A stretch of DNA of 63,377 nucleotides, filler included, from Phoronis australis (Eukaryota; Animalia; Phoronida), in the NCBI GenBank assembly GCA_002633005.1. It is 3 parts of 3 records of this genome, joined end to end, with 100 filler letters (N's around TTAATTAATTAA, not from the genome) between each part and the next. Parts side by side here need not be neighbours in the genome. Positions count along the whole stretch, not along the records: positions 20,214 to 50,657 come from NMRA01000572.1; positions 50,758 to 63,377 come from NMRA01001018.1; 1 more part is not named here. One strand, written 5' to 3'. How positions within the stretch are numbered: position 1 is the stretch's first letter; each line of letters starts with the position of its first letter. Shown piece by piece: positions 50,214 to 62,163 of this stretch. Below the pieces are notes generated by a model that did no database searches, was not told the DNA's origin, and saw only the letters and a program-made list of their open reading frames with translations. A program made the position numbers and the translations under genes.

Positions 50214-50657
50214 GCACTCTGGGTGTGACCCCTGGGGGCCTTACAAAGACCCCAAAAAATGAGCTTGACTAGATATTTGAGGTACCAACCAAAACTGATT
50301 TAAAACGAACAATAATACCGCACTGAACACCGAATGACCCATGACAGACAAATTGCACTCTGGATTGGGTCCGCCAGAAGCCAAAAAAGGACCCCCCAAA
50401 AATGAGCTAGCACATACATTCGAGGTACCACACAAAACCAATTCCATATGATTCAATACATGTCACAGATCACTAAAACCCCTATGACAGACAAAATACA
50501 CTCTGGGTTGTGCCCGGCAGAAACCCCCAAAAATCTCAACCATGGTATGCCATCAAAAATTTGAGCTAGACTAGATTTTCGAGGTACCGGCCAAAACTGA
50601 TTTTAAACGAACAATAGTACCGCACTGAACACCAAATGACCCATGACAGACAAATTG
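50214..50657. repeat. Degenerate tandem repeat of about 140-160 bp running into the gap
   Basis: GAGCTAG..TTCGAGGTACC..AAAAC and ATGACAGACAAA recur three times. Confidence 0.75.
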
Positions 50658-50757
50658 NNNNNNNNNNNNNNNNNNNNNNNNNNNNNNNNNNNNNNNNNNN
50701 NTTAATTAATTAANNNNNNNNNNNNNNNNNNNNNNNNNNNNNNNNNNNNNNNNNNNN
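50658..50757. other. Assembly gap with artificial TTAATTAATTAA linker
   Basis: N-run with a central linker. Confidence 0.97.
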
Positions 50758-50905
50758 CTACATGCTTGCAGTGGCTGGCACTACATGCTTGCAGTAGCTG
50801 GCACTTCATGCTTGCAGTGGTCAGCACTACATGCTTGCAGTAGCTAGCACTACATGCTTGCAGTAGGTGGCACTACATGCTTGAAGCAGCTGGAACTACA
50901 TGCTC
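50758..50905. repeat. 23-bp minisatellite x about 6
   Basis: CTACATGCTTGCAGTAGCTGGCA repeated. Confidence 0.9.
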
Positions 50906-51031
50906 TTGTACTAAATTTAATGCAGAGGGCAGGAACTAAAAGAAACCCGCCTTAAAGTTGGTAGTCAAAGCTTTTTAACTATTTAAGAAATCTAGGAGCA
51001 GCTGCTATGGTTTGATGGCAATATCCCATTT

Positions 51032-53193
51032 AACAAGAGCAACGCAGAGCATTGAAATGCACCCACGAATGCATCGCAAATGGTGTGCTTTTAGGGTTGT
51101 TTATTGGTCATAAAAATGGCCACTAGATGACACAAAAACGTACAATCCATCCGAAAATGGAAACATGTCATAGCTTCTTTAATAGAAAGCTATTCACCAA
51201 ATTTCAAAGAAATCGTTACGGAACTTCTGAGAAACAAAGGAAAACAGAATAAAATGAAAACTGCCACTAGGGAGCACAGTGTTAATTGGATCTGCCTGAA
51301 AGTCGTCATTGTTGTTAGCTCCATATAAATACACACACTAAATTTAATAAAGACCCAGCAGTGGGTTTAGGAGATTCAGCTATGGGCGCAAAACAAAACA
51401 AAACTACCACTGGAGGCACCACAGTAGTCCAAGTTGTCATCGTCAACCATCCTCTTCACAGAGAGAACATAAATGCCAAGTTTCAAAAACATCCTTAGAA
51501 TGATTTGGTTTATAGAGGGGTGAACGCAAAAAACCAGCAAAAATGGCCACTAGGTGGCGCAAAACACCTAGATTCCATCCAAAAATGGGAGGATAGCGTC
51601 ATCTCATCAACAGATGCCTGTATTCAAAATTTTATGAAAATCTGTTGAGGACCTTTGAAGATACAGAGGTAAACATAAAATCTAAAATTGTCACCAGGGG
51701 GCACACCAGTAGTCAGATCTGTCCGAAAGTCGTCAACATCATATAAATGCAATAATTAAATTTAGTAAAGATCCTGCAAACAGTTTAAGAGAAACAGCCA
51801 TGGGCGCAAAAAACGAAACTGCCACTATGCGGCGCCACAGTAGCTGAAGTAATCGGAAAGTCATGGTCAGCCGTCCAATTCTTAGTATAAACGTACTGCC
51901 AATTTTCACAATTATCCTGAAAGCGATTTGGTTGATAGAGGGGTGGATGCCAAAAAACATACTCAAAAATGGCAAAAAAGGCCACTAGGTGGCGCAAACT
52001 AAGTAGAATCCACCTGAAAACGGAAAGATAGCGTCACCACACTAACAGAAGCCTATACGCCAAATTTTTTGAAAATACATTGAGGACCTTTGAAAATACA
52101 GAGGTTAACGTAAAAAAAATAAAATTGTCACCAGGGGGCACATCAGTAANAAGTCGTCAACATCATATAAATGCAATAATTAAATTTAGTAAAGATCCTG
52201 CAAACAGTTTAAGAGAAACAGCCATGGGCGCAAAAAACGAAACTGCCACTATGCGGCGCCACAGTAGCTGAAGTAATCGGAAAGTCATGGTCAGCCGTCC
52301 AATTCTTAGTATAAACGTACTGCCAATTTTCACAATTATCCTGAAAGCGATTTGGTTGATAGAGGGGTGGATGCCAAAAAACGTACTCAAAAATGGCAAA
52401 AAAGGCTACTAGGTGGCGCAAACTAAGTAGAATCCACCTGAAAACGGAAAGATAGCGTCACCACACTAACAGAAGCCTGTACGCCAAATTTTTTGAAAAT
52501 ACATTGAGGACCTTTGAAAATACAGAGGTTAACGTAAAAAAAATAAAATTGTCACCAGGGGGCACATCAGTAATCAAATCTGTCTGAAAGTTGTCCCTGT
52601 CCTTTATCAACATCATATAAATGCACTTACTAAATTTAATAAAGATCCTGTAGACGGTTTAGGAGATACAACCTTAGGCGCAAAAAAACTGCCACTAGGA
52701 GGCGCCACAGTTGTTGAAATCATCAGAAAATCATCGTCAGCCGTCCTCTTCCTAGTAAGAACATACATGCCACTTTCCACAAGCATCCTTAGAGCGGTTT
52801 GGTTGATAGAGGGGTGGACGACTAAAAACATACTCGAAAACAGTAAAAATGGCCACTAGGTGGCACAAATTACGTCGAATCCATCCGAAAACGGGTGGAT
52901 AGCGTCATCTCACTAATAGATGCCTACATGCCAAATTTTATGTAAATACGCAGAAGACCTTTAAAGATATAGAGGTAAGCGTAAAAAATTAAAATTGCCA
53001 CTAGGGGATAGACCAGTCCGAAAGTTCGCTCATGCCGTCCCATCCATGAAAGGAACATATGTGCAAAATTTCATGAACATACGTCAAACAGTTTTTGAGT
53101 TAGAGCAGAGGACGCCGGATGGATGCCGCGCGAACGGATGGACAGAGATGACGGCATAATGCGTCCACATATAAATATGTGGGCGCATAAAAA
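51032..53193 (-). mobile_element. Helentron-associated (HINE/DINE-like) element with internal repeats of about 140 bp (three-unit higher-order structure)
   Basis: On the minus strand: TTTTTATGCGCCCACATATTTATATGTGGACGCAT (subTIR plus inverted repeat), a TCCG/TCCA microsatellite, tandem units, and a 3' end GTGGGTGCATTTCAATGCTCTGCGTTGCTCTTGTT, with T-rich flanks. Contains an about 424-bp duplication around the N at 52150. Confidence 0.78.
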
Positions 53194-54452
53194 TGGAAAA
53201 CAAACGGAAGCTTGTTCCATTTACACAAAACACTCAATGATATTTCATTTTTTCTAATGAAATTTTATACGTCCAGGGTTTTGTTCATGCTGTAGTGAAT
53301 AAAATACAGCACTAATAAAAAGGATGAATTAGGAAAAATTTAAAATTTAGTAAATGTATACAACAAAGAGCAGGCATGGTCATACCATGGTTAGAATAAT
53401 AGGTCCCTCATCCAATAGTCCAGTGACATTCATGGTCTTTAGTAATGTTTTATAAACACAAATATTCCATCCTTGACTATAAACTGTACTAAAACCAAGT
53501 GTCATCCTTTGGTAGCTGAGGATTCCAAAAATATGAATTGCTCAGCCTGCAAGAGACATAACACTTTTCTCATCAAGTTCAGCATGTGGTTTATTGCACT
53601 ATCCCACTAAACCAACAGTTTAGAAATTAGAAATACCATGTCCATTCGGGTTAACTCAACATTCACATTGAGAAGTCAAATTAGTGAACATTGAACAGAG
53701 TAGAGCAGAATATGGGCATCAAAAAATGATGTTGTTGAAACTTTGAAACTGGGCGTTTTGGTGAATGTAGATGTTAATATGCTGAATGGATATGGCAGTC
53801 CTGCAATACTGATGACAGATCTTCATACATTACAGTAAGATTTGATAAAAGACTCCAAAATGTGTATAATAAACAAAAAAATACAAAAAGCAGAGAAAAA
53901 ATTGGTAAATGGCTTGCACAATACACGGTGATTATTAACAATATAAGAGGTCTGGTGACTGCTGAATATTCAGATTCCCTAAATATTGTGAATGCAGAAA
54001 GGTTGGCTTTTAGTTCAGTGTCTAATACAGCTTGTATTGCACAATAATTAAGTGTAAAAACAAAAAGGATCTGTGTTCAGGTCACACGGTTGGGGGGGGG
54101 GCTAGTAGCAGTAATACACTAAACATCTCGACTAAAAACAGGTTTAATAAGATCAGTCAACACGTCAATTAGAAATTTCAACTAGTGGTTTATATTGCCA
54201 AATGATAAAACTCCGTGTATACAACGCCCATGTCCACTGTCCTTTTGTATACAACGCCCATGTCCACTGTCCTTTTGATAAATACACTTGGTCTTTATTA
54301 ATTTACTTAACATCACTATCTATTATCAGTTTTTGATCAAAATTGCACTTTTCAGAGTATAAAATAGAATAAAGCCCCATACTTAACAGTTCAAGAATGA
54401 AAAGTGCCGCATATTTAACATTTTGCTCTCATCATGTTTGGCTGACGGTGGG

Positions 54453-54569
54453 TCAAGACATGGAGGAATAACTCGGAGATCGACGTGATCGCCTACGCGG
54501 AGAGAAACTCCTTGATCGTGAGCGACTTTCATGACTGTCTTCTTTTAAACGAATGTAGGAAGTCTCGTT
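54453..54569 (-). CDS. SRSF1: SRSF1/SRSF9-like SR splicing factor, exon 4 (end of RRM2 plus short RS domain, stop)
   Basis: tttcag|AAC GAG ACT...; encodes NETSYIRLKEDSHESRSRSRSFSPRRRSRRSPSYSSMS*. Candidate AATAAA on the minus strand at about 54294. SRSF1 versus SRSF9 orthology is not resolvable by eye. Confidence 0.9.
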   Translation of the reverse strand, partial: NETSYIRLKEDSHESRSRSRSFSPRRRSRRSPSYSSMS

Positions 54570-56016
54570 CTGAAAGAAAATTTCACAGAAATTTGAAGTA
54601 AACACATGCAGACACTCACATTTACATCAACTTCTTACAATTTCAGACAAACTCTTAAATGCAAAACGCTGGCAGAAATAGAGTCCTTTCACATTTGTAA
54701 TGGGCATGTCCAGAAGCACAAAGGGTCGATGTGAGAGCACAAGACATAGCATGAGTGGAATCAAAGGGGCATTGTTTACTTTGGTTCTGTGTAATCTGGT
54801 GAGAGCATCTACCCCACCAGACTACTGGATTGGTGGATAAGATTCTTATTGCGTGTTTGTGTGTAGATGTCAACCTGGAAATCTGTGTGGATTTGTACAC
54901 TGCTGCATTAACAGCAAAGCTACAACAGAGGGCACAGTACATAGCACGGAACCCTTGCCTACACGGCTTACATTTTTTTAGAAAACTTGTGACAATATTT
55001 ATTTGAACCAGAGGGTTTTGTCAACTGAAAGTATATTAGAGAGAAAAATTCACTTAGAGTGAAACAAAATATGCTAATTGCTTATAAAACAAATCAGAAG
55101 TTACAGTTTTTCTGAAAAACACATTTTGCTACTAAACGTTTTTTGTCTACATTAGACACCTTTGGTGCAAACTTGGGCGGGTACCAGTTTACAATGATGC
55201 TTTTATGACATTTAATAAGATTTTTTAATGCATCAAAAGAACAATATGACACTATTGTGAAGTTGAAATATACGTAGTTACATCCAACTAGTGTCGAACA
55301 TGTCTAGCTGTTAACCTCGTCAGTGAATTAAAACTTTGCATGCACAAATTGCACATATGCCAGACAAAATATCTGGCACTCTCTTTGTCAATGTCACATG
55401 ATTTGTAAAAAAAATGTTTCATCAACTGTTAAACAACAGAAATACTGTAATCAAAATCTCTTTTGAAAACAATTTCTTAGTATTTATATGAGATACTTGA
55501 TGCTTGGTGATAAATTAAAATCTAAGACAGGTTTTCCCTTGGCCATGTAGAGGCATAGTTACAAACACTTGTTGATATATTGCTCCGATGCTGGCGATCT
55601 CTCGCAAATCTTATAACTTAGAGTTCAGCTGTTAATGCACCACACACATACGATTATTATTGCCATTTACACCTTCCATCGTGGTGATTCCCGCTTTATG
55701 CACAATTTGGCCTTTTATGCAAAAGAATATGAAAGGGCTCTATTCCCAACAACTATAGTAATTCGGGATGTAAACGATTCCATGGCCATACCACTACATG
55801 ATTTAGGGGATCACAGCATGGGGAATTTTGAAGCATGGCCATGCAATTGTTTCCAAAGCCTGTATTTTTAGAATAGAAGAATGACCATGGAAATTTCATT
55901 TAACACACTCATTGATCACAAGTCCCCATAGATTCACTTCATTAAACAATCCCATGGATGGTTTTCATTGTAAAATACTTTCTTGTCTCAGTACCAGTGC
56001 TGTGGTCCAGATATAC

Positions 56017-56189
56017 CTCATGTGATTTGAACTTGGAGCCATTCAGCTTCCTGATGGCATACTTCATATCATCACGCTTAACATACTCCACCACACCAGT
56101 GCCATTGTTGTACACATCTGCATAACACACATCTCCTGCCTCTCTCATGTGGTCCTTCAGATCTTGCCAGCTGCCAGATGGTGGCAAAT
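56017..56189 (-). CDS. SRSF1: SRSF1/SRSF9-like SR splicing factor, exon 3 (pseudo-RRM)
   Basis: 173 nt, phase 1-0. Encodes [25 protein letters not shown]...[18 protein letters not shown] with the SWQDLKD signature. Confidence 0.96.
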
Positions 56190-57373
56190 CTAATAACAGT
56201 TCAGTTAAAATCTTATTTTCAGGTGTTTTCATTAAAATTACTTAACATATAAATGATGATTAACTATCTTGACCTTCTGTGCCTTTTGAATAACTGCTGT
56301 CATTAACAACTAAGTAAAAAGTCATTGAACAATAAAAAGTTTAATTTTGTCAATTTTACTTTTTTCAGAAATTGGTGGTATTTTGCTGCATAATAACTTG
56401 AACTGTTTCATCTGACCAATGCAAAATTAAAACATAACAATGCTCACTCTGTGAGTCTGCAATAAGTAAGCGCATCCATGCCTTAAGTCTGTATTAAGGC
56501 ACTCATTGAACATTTCCTGTGAATACATTGCCAAGATCAGCCCGTGAGACATTGGCAAGTAACAGATTAAACTTGTCCAGTTAAATAGTAAGGCAATAGA
56601 ATAGTTACTACTTTGCTCCCCCAACTATTAAACAAGTTGACTTCTTGATGGGCTATAGTGTTCTGTTCTGGTCACATTGACCATTGAATGAGGACAAGAG
56701 AGTCAGTTGATCTGTGTCCACCACAGCAAGTAGCTTACAGAGGAAAGCAACTATAAATTGATGTTACCTTTAATAAAAAATGTAAATCCCTTATCACCTG
56801 GTAAGGCATTATTCTGTTTGTTAGTTAATTTCCTTTGGCTAGTATGTACTATCCATGGAACTCTAGAAAACAATGTTAATGGTCAGGCAAGAGGTCATCA
56901 TCTTGGTTCTGTATTCAGCACAGATTGTGTTCAACAGAGTGTAGAACATGAAGTCAGACACAAGATGCCGTCCCTTTGTTCAACAAAGTGTAAAACATGA
57001 AGTCAGACATAATATGCTGGCCCTTTGTTAGGCCAATGACATCATTTTCTGTTGTTCCCTGGAAACTACATACTCCTCAAGGGAAAAATACCTAACACAA
57101 AACAATGTCTCTATAAGGTAGCCAGGATTATGCACTTTTATTAGAGGTAACCTCAAAAATGGATGGTTCCCCCTTTAAACTGCTCAAATGCAGGACAAAT
57201 CCTGGCTATGTAGGCTGTGCCTGAATATATGCGAATAAGATTGCTGCTAAACCCGACTACTGTTTAGACAATAAAATAATGACAAAATCTCACGAATTTC
57301 GGACACGATATGACGAACAAATGAACTTTTACATTTTCATTTTGTCCATAAATAGAATAATCATAGGAGAGCA

Positions 57374-57682
57374 CTGTAAAAAATTTGGTGATGACCGGGA
57401 CTTGAACCCGGGTTGCTCGAGCGACAGTCAAGCATCTACACCATTCGGCCAAGAGGCAATTGCCACTTGGCAAGCGGCTTAGAGAGGCTTTATCTGACTG
57501 TACGTGTCGTGACAACCGGAAGTCACGCTTCACAACACTACTCCCACGACACGTACAGTCAGATAAAGCCTCTCTAAGCCGCTTGCCAAGTGGCAATTGC
57601 CTCTTGGCCGAATGGTTTAGATGCTTGACTGCAGCTTATGCAACCCGGGTTCAAGTCCCGGTCATTACGAAATTTTCTACAG
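57374..57682. mobile_element. Palindromic element built from two divergent tRNA-Asp-derived heads
   Basis: Arms 57374-57510 and 57545-57682 are near-perfect reverse complements. Each has an A box TGGCCGAATGG and a B box GGTTCAAGTCC. The minus arm has an anticodon stem-loop CTTGA-CTGTCGC-TCGAG (GTC). Confidence 0.85.
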
Positions 57683-58231
57683 CACCAAAATAATGCTTAG
57701 TCATGTTCACCTAAGTTCTGTAGGTATGATAATTCTTATGTGATTTCATCCAAAATAATTTCCAAAATTATCATTTTTCAATTTTTTAAACGCTGATTAT
57801 CTCGTTCCAAATAATGAAAACTTATTAATAAACAAATGTTTTATGACATTTACACAGTAGAAATAACCTAACTGACTAAAATGTTCTTGAAATTTACTTT
57901 GTTGAGAAATTTTACAAAATGAAATTTCACTTGTCTGCAATATCGTGTGCTAAATATGTGTCAGAACAGCTACCGTGGTATCAGTGAATATAATTGTAGG
58001 CACACACATTAACAGTAGATCATGAAAATGGCCTTTTGTCCAGAATTGGTGAGAATTATTCAATTAATTTAACATGAGACAATGAATGATAAAAACAACA
58101 ATATTAAATATAATATAATAATAATAATAATAATAAAATAATACTAATAAGTGAAAAGGTCTTAATTTTATACTGAGCACCAAATGTGTTTTGATGTATA
58201 CTTGCACATGTACACAGGTCATGCCAAGTAC

Positions 58232-58404
58232 CTGTCACAAGCACCCTGTTTTCAGATCTTCTTGAAGGAGGTCCACCCCTTCCACCCCTCCCCCTGCCTC
58301 TAGTACTACCACCACTACGTCCATCACCCCGAGGAAACTCCACTCTCAAGCTGTAGCCATCATAATAGTAACCATCTTTATCACGCACAGCATCAGAAGC
58401 ATCC
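58232..58404 (-). CDS. SRSF1: SRSF1/SRSF9-like SR splicing factor, exon 2
   Basis: 173 nt, phase 2-1. Encodes [26 protein letters not shown], a Gly-rich linker, and [14 protein letters not shown]. Confidence 0.95.
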
Positions 58405-58657
58405 CTGACAAACAAAACAGAGTTATCATTAGTAAATCTATTCTCAGTGTTATCCACAACAGCAAATTTAAAATCAACAGAAATTAGAAAATTTTGCACA
58501 TGTTAAACAATCAATGTCAGTGCTGTGGGATTTCTATGTGAAACCTTGGAATCAGTGCATGGCAATGAGCTGATGACTAAGTCTACAACCAGCAACATTG
58601 GCATTAGAATTATAGTGAAAACAGGGTTCACTCATTGTCATGTTGTTGCTGGTGTTA

Positions 58658-59070
58658 TGTGACTGGACTGGCACACAACCGTTGTCTTGAGGGAGATTGA
58701 TGCTACAAGATCCATATGAGGAAAGGTGTGACTGGACTGGCACACAACCGTTGTCTTGAGGGAGATTGATGCTACAAGATCGATATGAGGAAAGGTGTGA
58801 CTGGACTGGCACACAACCGTTGTCTTGAGGGAGATTGATGCTACAAGATCGATATGAGGAAAGGTGTGACTGGACTGGCACACAACTGTTGTCTTGAGGG
58901 AGATTGATGCTACAAGATCGATATGAGGAAAGGTGTGACTGGACTGGCACACAACCATTGTCTTGAGGGAGATTGATGCTACAAGATCGATATGAGGAAA
59001 GGTGTGACTGGACTGGCACACAACAGTTGTCTTGAGGGAGATTGATGCTACAAGATCCATATGAGGAAAG
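58658..59070. repeat. 69-bp minisatellite x6 in SR-gene intron 1
   Basis: TGTGACTGGACTGGCACACAACCGTTGTCTTGAGGGAGATTGATGCTACAAGATCGATATGAGGAAAGG repeated; a degenerate monomer sits at about 59590-59632. Confidence 0.93.
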
Positions 59071-60409
59071 TCCTAGCTACACCTCCAACAATGTCTTCAA
59101 CTGGAGTCTGGTCGACCATAGTCACACCAAACGAACCTCTTTGCTGGGTAGACTGACCGACCATACGCTAGTCGGGGGTGGCAAACATTGCCATCTTGAA
59201 GATTGTTCGACCACAGTCAAAATTGACAAACATCGCCATCCTGAACATTGGCCAAGGAGGTCAACTGACCAAAGTCGGAACTGGCAGGTATCCTCGAAGA
59301 CCGGCCAACCATGGTCGTACCCGGCAGACACCACCAACTAGATGAGTTAGGGAGAGGAAGATAGACAGCAGACTAGTGACTTAAGTTTGCTTTTGTGTTT
59401 TTCAGGTCCCAGTAGTGGTAAGTATTTAATGGAAACAAAAAATGTAAATGTTCAATTTAATCTTAGAGCCATTTGGATACTAGAGTAAATACTGAGGATA
59501 CTTTCCAAACTTGGCTAGTGTATATTTACCTATTGTTTGTATTTGGGCAGGAAGGCTTACATTAAACAGGGAGGAATGTTGAGTGATTACAGATTGGCAC
59601 AAAACCATTGTCTTGAAGGAGATTGATGCTAACTGTCGGAGAGCGATGGAGAGTATGACACTTCGACTCTCCCGCTGCACAAGTGCTGACGTTTATTTGA
59701 CCACTAGTGTAATCGATTGTGAGGTGACCCCGATACTTGTAGAGTGAATATATTCTAACCAACTGCCATGTAGAGAGCTCAGGTAAGGGTGATATTGTAA
59801 CTATCTCCATCTCTCTTGTAGCACTTCACACTCTAAGTCGAGGATTCTGAAGTGGCACATGTTATGAAATTAAAAGTGCAATGGTGAGATGTGCATGTAC
59901 AAGAGTGTAGTGTGAGGGTGAAGTGCAATGTGCACCAAGTGCAATGATGACTAATACGAGAGGAGGGCTCTCCAAAAGTGATCCAGAGAAGTAGCATCAA
60001 TGATGTGGGCAGGTAAGTTGTTTAGGGGGAATGTTGTGACACTGAGGTGTCATGAAGTACACACTATGGCATCTACCTGTAGGGGTACTAATGAAGGGAT
60101 ACAAGTACCGGTAGGTCATGGAAATGGCGATAGAATGTAGAAAGTTTGGAGAGGTAGCAGCAGAATTCGAGAGTTTGCCAGTTTCGTGATTCATTTATTT
60201 CACTGACTGATGAAGTATTGTGATATCTATTCAGGGTAAATCTTGCAGCTCATCACTGCACCATTTCAATCTTCTTAATAGGAGCTTTTGTGTAGGGAGG
60301 TGTCGGATGATTCCCACTCAACCACAACACACTGAGTTCTATAGTTAAGAAAGGAGGCAATCCCAATTCTTTATGAGGTCATAGACCCCAAGGAAATTAA
60401 TTTTGTTAA

Positions 60410-60700
60410 CAAGTCTACACCAGATGATAAGGAGGCATTAAAGATGTCAGTCAGTAAGGGAGCTAGTGGGCCTGATAGTTCCTGAAGAACTATAGGAAAG
60501 ATATTGTATGGACCTCGGGACTTGTGCGGGTTCTGAGTGGAAAGCAGTTTTTCAATGCCATTGATATCAATGATAGGACCTGGCATGGTTTCATGAGGAC
60601 TTTTTCTTTGTCCTGAACTCATAAAGCTGTCTTCAGCTGTGATTGCGTTGAATTTCTTTGTTCAACACTTGGTGTCTCTGCTGTAGTTTTGCTAAGGATG
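60410..60700 (-). mobile_element. LINE reverse transcriptase N-terminal remnant
   Basis: GIEKLLSTQNPHKSRGPYNIFPIVLQELSGPLAPLLTDIFNASLSSG matches the LINE pre-RT motif K..GPD.I...L......L...L..IFN.SL..G. Confidence 0.75.
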
Positions 60701-61575
60701 TTGAGTAATAGAAACATGGTTGCTGTCAAAGGTATAAGTTTTCTCTGGTTTTATTAACCAAGTTACCTCCATTGATTATTGAGATTTTTTGCTTTATCAG
60801 ATAGGAGAGTGACCAGGCCATAACGTTGAATTGTCGTGAGGACTTGACTGAGACCTCAGGGGTCTCACGCTCCACCGGCTTATCTACACTAATTTGAAAA
60901 GGCTTTGTCCAGTCACGCCTTGTAGGTCATACATTGAGATAATGCAAGTCATGTTTCTTCAGGCAGCTCTTATCACCAAACCATCGACTTCACGGGCAAT
61001 AAAATGTAATCAGCCAAATAGATCTGTGATCCTAAACCGTCCAGAGTAGCCCTATTGGCAACACCAGACAGTCTCTCACGAGAATTTAACGTTATGTTTA
61101 CATAGAGCATTGTAGTAAAGGTTGATCTCCGCCTCGGTTGTGGCACGTCCTTTTGCCGACGTTGGTGTTGGCCTGGTGCAACCAGTGCCTCTGACGAAGG
61201 AAAAGCTGACTTAAACTTGGGAACCAACTTGTGTCACATGAATACACCACGTGACGCCATCGTCAGGCTTGTGGAGTGCAGCCTCGTCCAGTTAGGACGT
61301 AATGGAAGTACCCTCTAGAAGAGCATAATCACCGAGATAATTCGGACCTGCCTCAGCCCACAACTACAATAACACACAACAGTGGTACATCCTATATCAA
61401 CAACGAATGATGTGGACATAGGATATGAGTTCACCACCTGAGACTGATCATCAATGGCCACTAATGAGTAATGTCTTGAATTCACTCAAATCATGCAAGT
61501 AACTGTTCATTACTTTAGAAAAGACAGCAATCTAACAATTTCATCCTAATTTCCAGTCCAAATAAGATTCCAAAC

Positions 61576-61748
61576 CTTGGGTCTTCAAACTGTACAAAAG
61601 CGTAAGCAGCTCCTTTCTTGCTGTTCTTCAAATCAACGTGAGTTATTTTTCCAAACTTGTACAGAATATCTTCAACATCTTGGACCCTAATGTCCGGAGG
61701 CATGTTGCCGATGTATATTCTACAGTCGTCACCTCCTCGCCTAGACAT
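61576..61748 (-). CDS. SRSF1: SRSF1/SRSF9-like SR splicing factor, exon 1 (RRM1)
   Basis: ATG at 61748. Encodes [40 protein letters not shown]...[11 protein letters not shown], ending at a phase-2 donor gtttg. The joined 4-exon CDS is 636 nt (211 aa). Confidence 0.95.
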
Positions 61749-62163
61749 GGTGATAAGTGAAAAGTGTGGAATACGTGGCACAAAAGTGCTAGATATAAAC
61801 GATGCTTGAAAGAGTGTGTCTTTAGCCCCAGAGGTCTTTGTTTTGTCAATCAATCTTTGTTGTTGTCGGTACGGAGTATACAGTTTTTAACTACCTCGCT
61901 AGATGACGCTAAAGTTTGCGGAGTTAGCCGGACTTGCACGAGTCATAGTAGCGTTTGCGCTGGTTCAGCTTCGTCCCTGAGCCAAAAGATAGCGCTGATC
62001 GCGGATCAGCGCCATCTTGAGGATTAAGGAGCGTTGGTCGCCATTTTGACTGTTCATTATTGGATAAGGTTTTTGCAACGAACATCGCTAGAAATATTCT
62101 CTTTGACCATATGCTTTGAAGTTTAAGTACTTAATTTGGAGAACCATCGAACTAGTTTTTAAT
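61749..62163. promoter_or_regulatory. Putative bidirectional promoter and 5' UTRs between the two SR genes
   Basis: 415 bp between divergent ATGs; locally CpG-richer; YY1-like CGCCATCTTG (about 62010) and CGCCATTTTG (about 62039); ATTGG (CCAAT) at about 62059. Confidence 0.65.

Noticed and set aside
51727-52571. About 424-bp duplication giving twin ORFs (MPFLS.., MRHLV..)
   Set aside because: Single-N join inside a repeat element; likely an assembly duplication, and the ORFs have no protein features.
57386-57670. Two functional tRNA genes
   Set aside because: The acceptor stems do not pair and one anticodon arm is disrupted; treated as tRNA-derived repeat heads.
58552-59060. Repetitive 140-155 aa ORFs
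   Set aside because: Products of a 69-bp intronic minisatellite whose unit length is a multiple of 3.
56017-61748. Three consecutive SR-gene exons all 173 nt long
   Set aside because: They encode unrelated sequence with different phases; treated as coincidence, not exon duplication.
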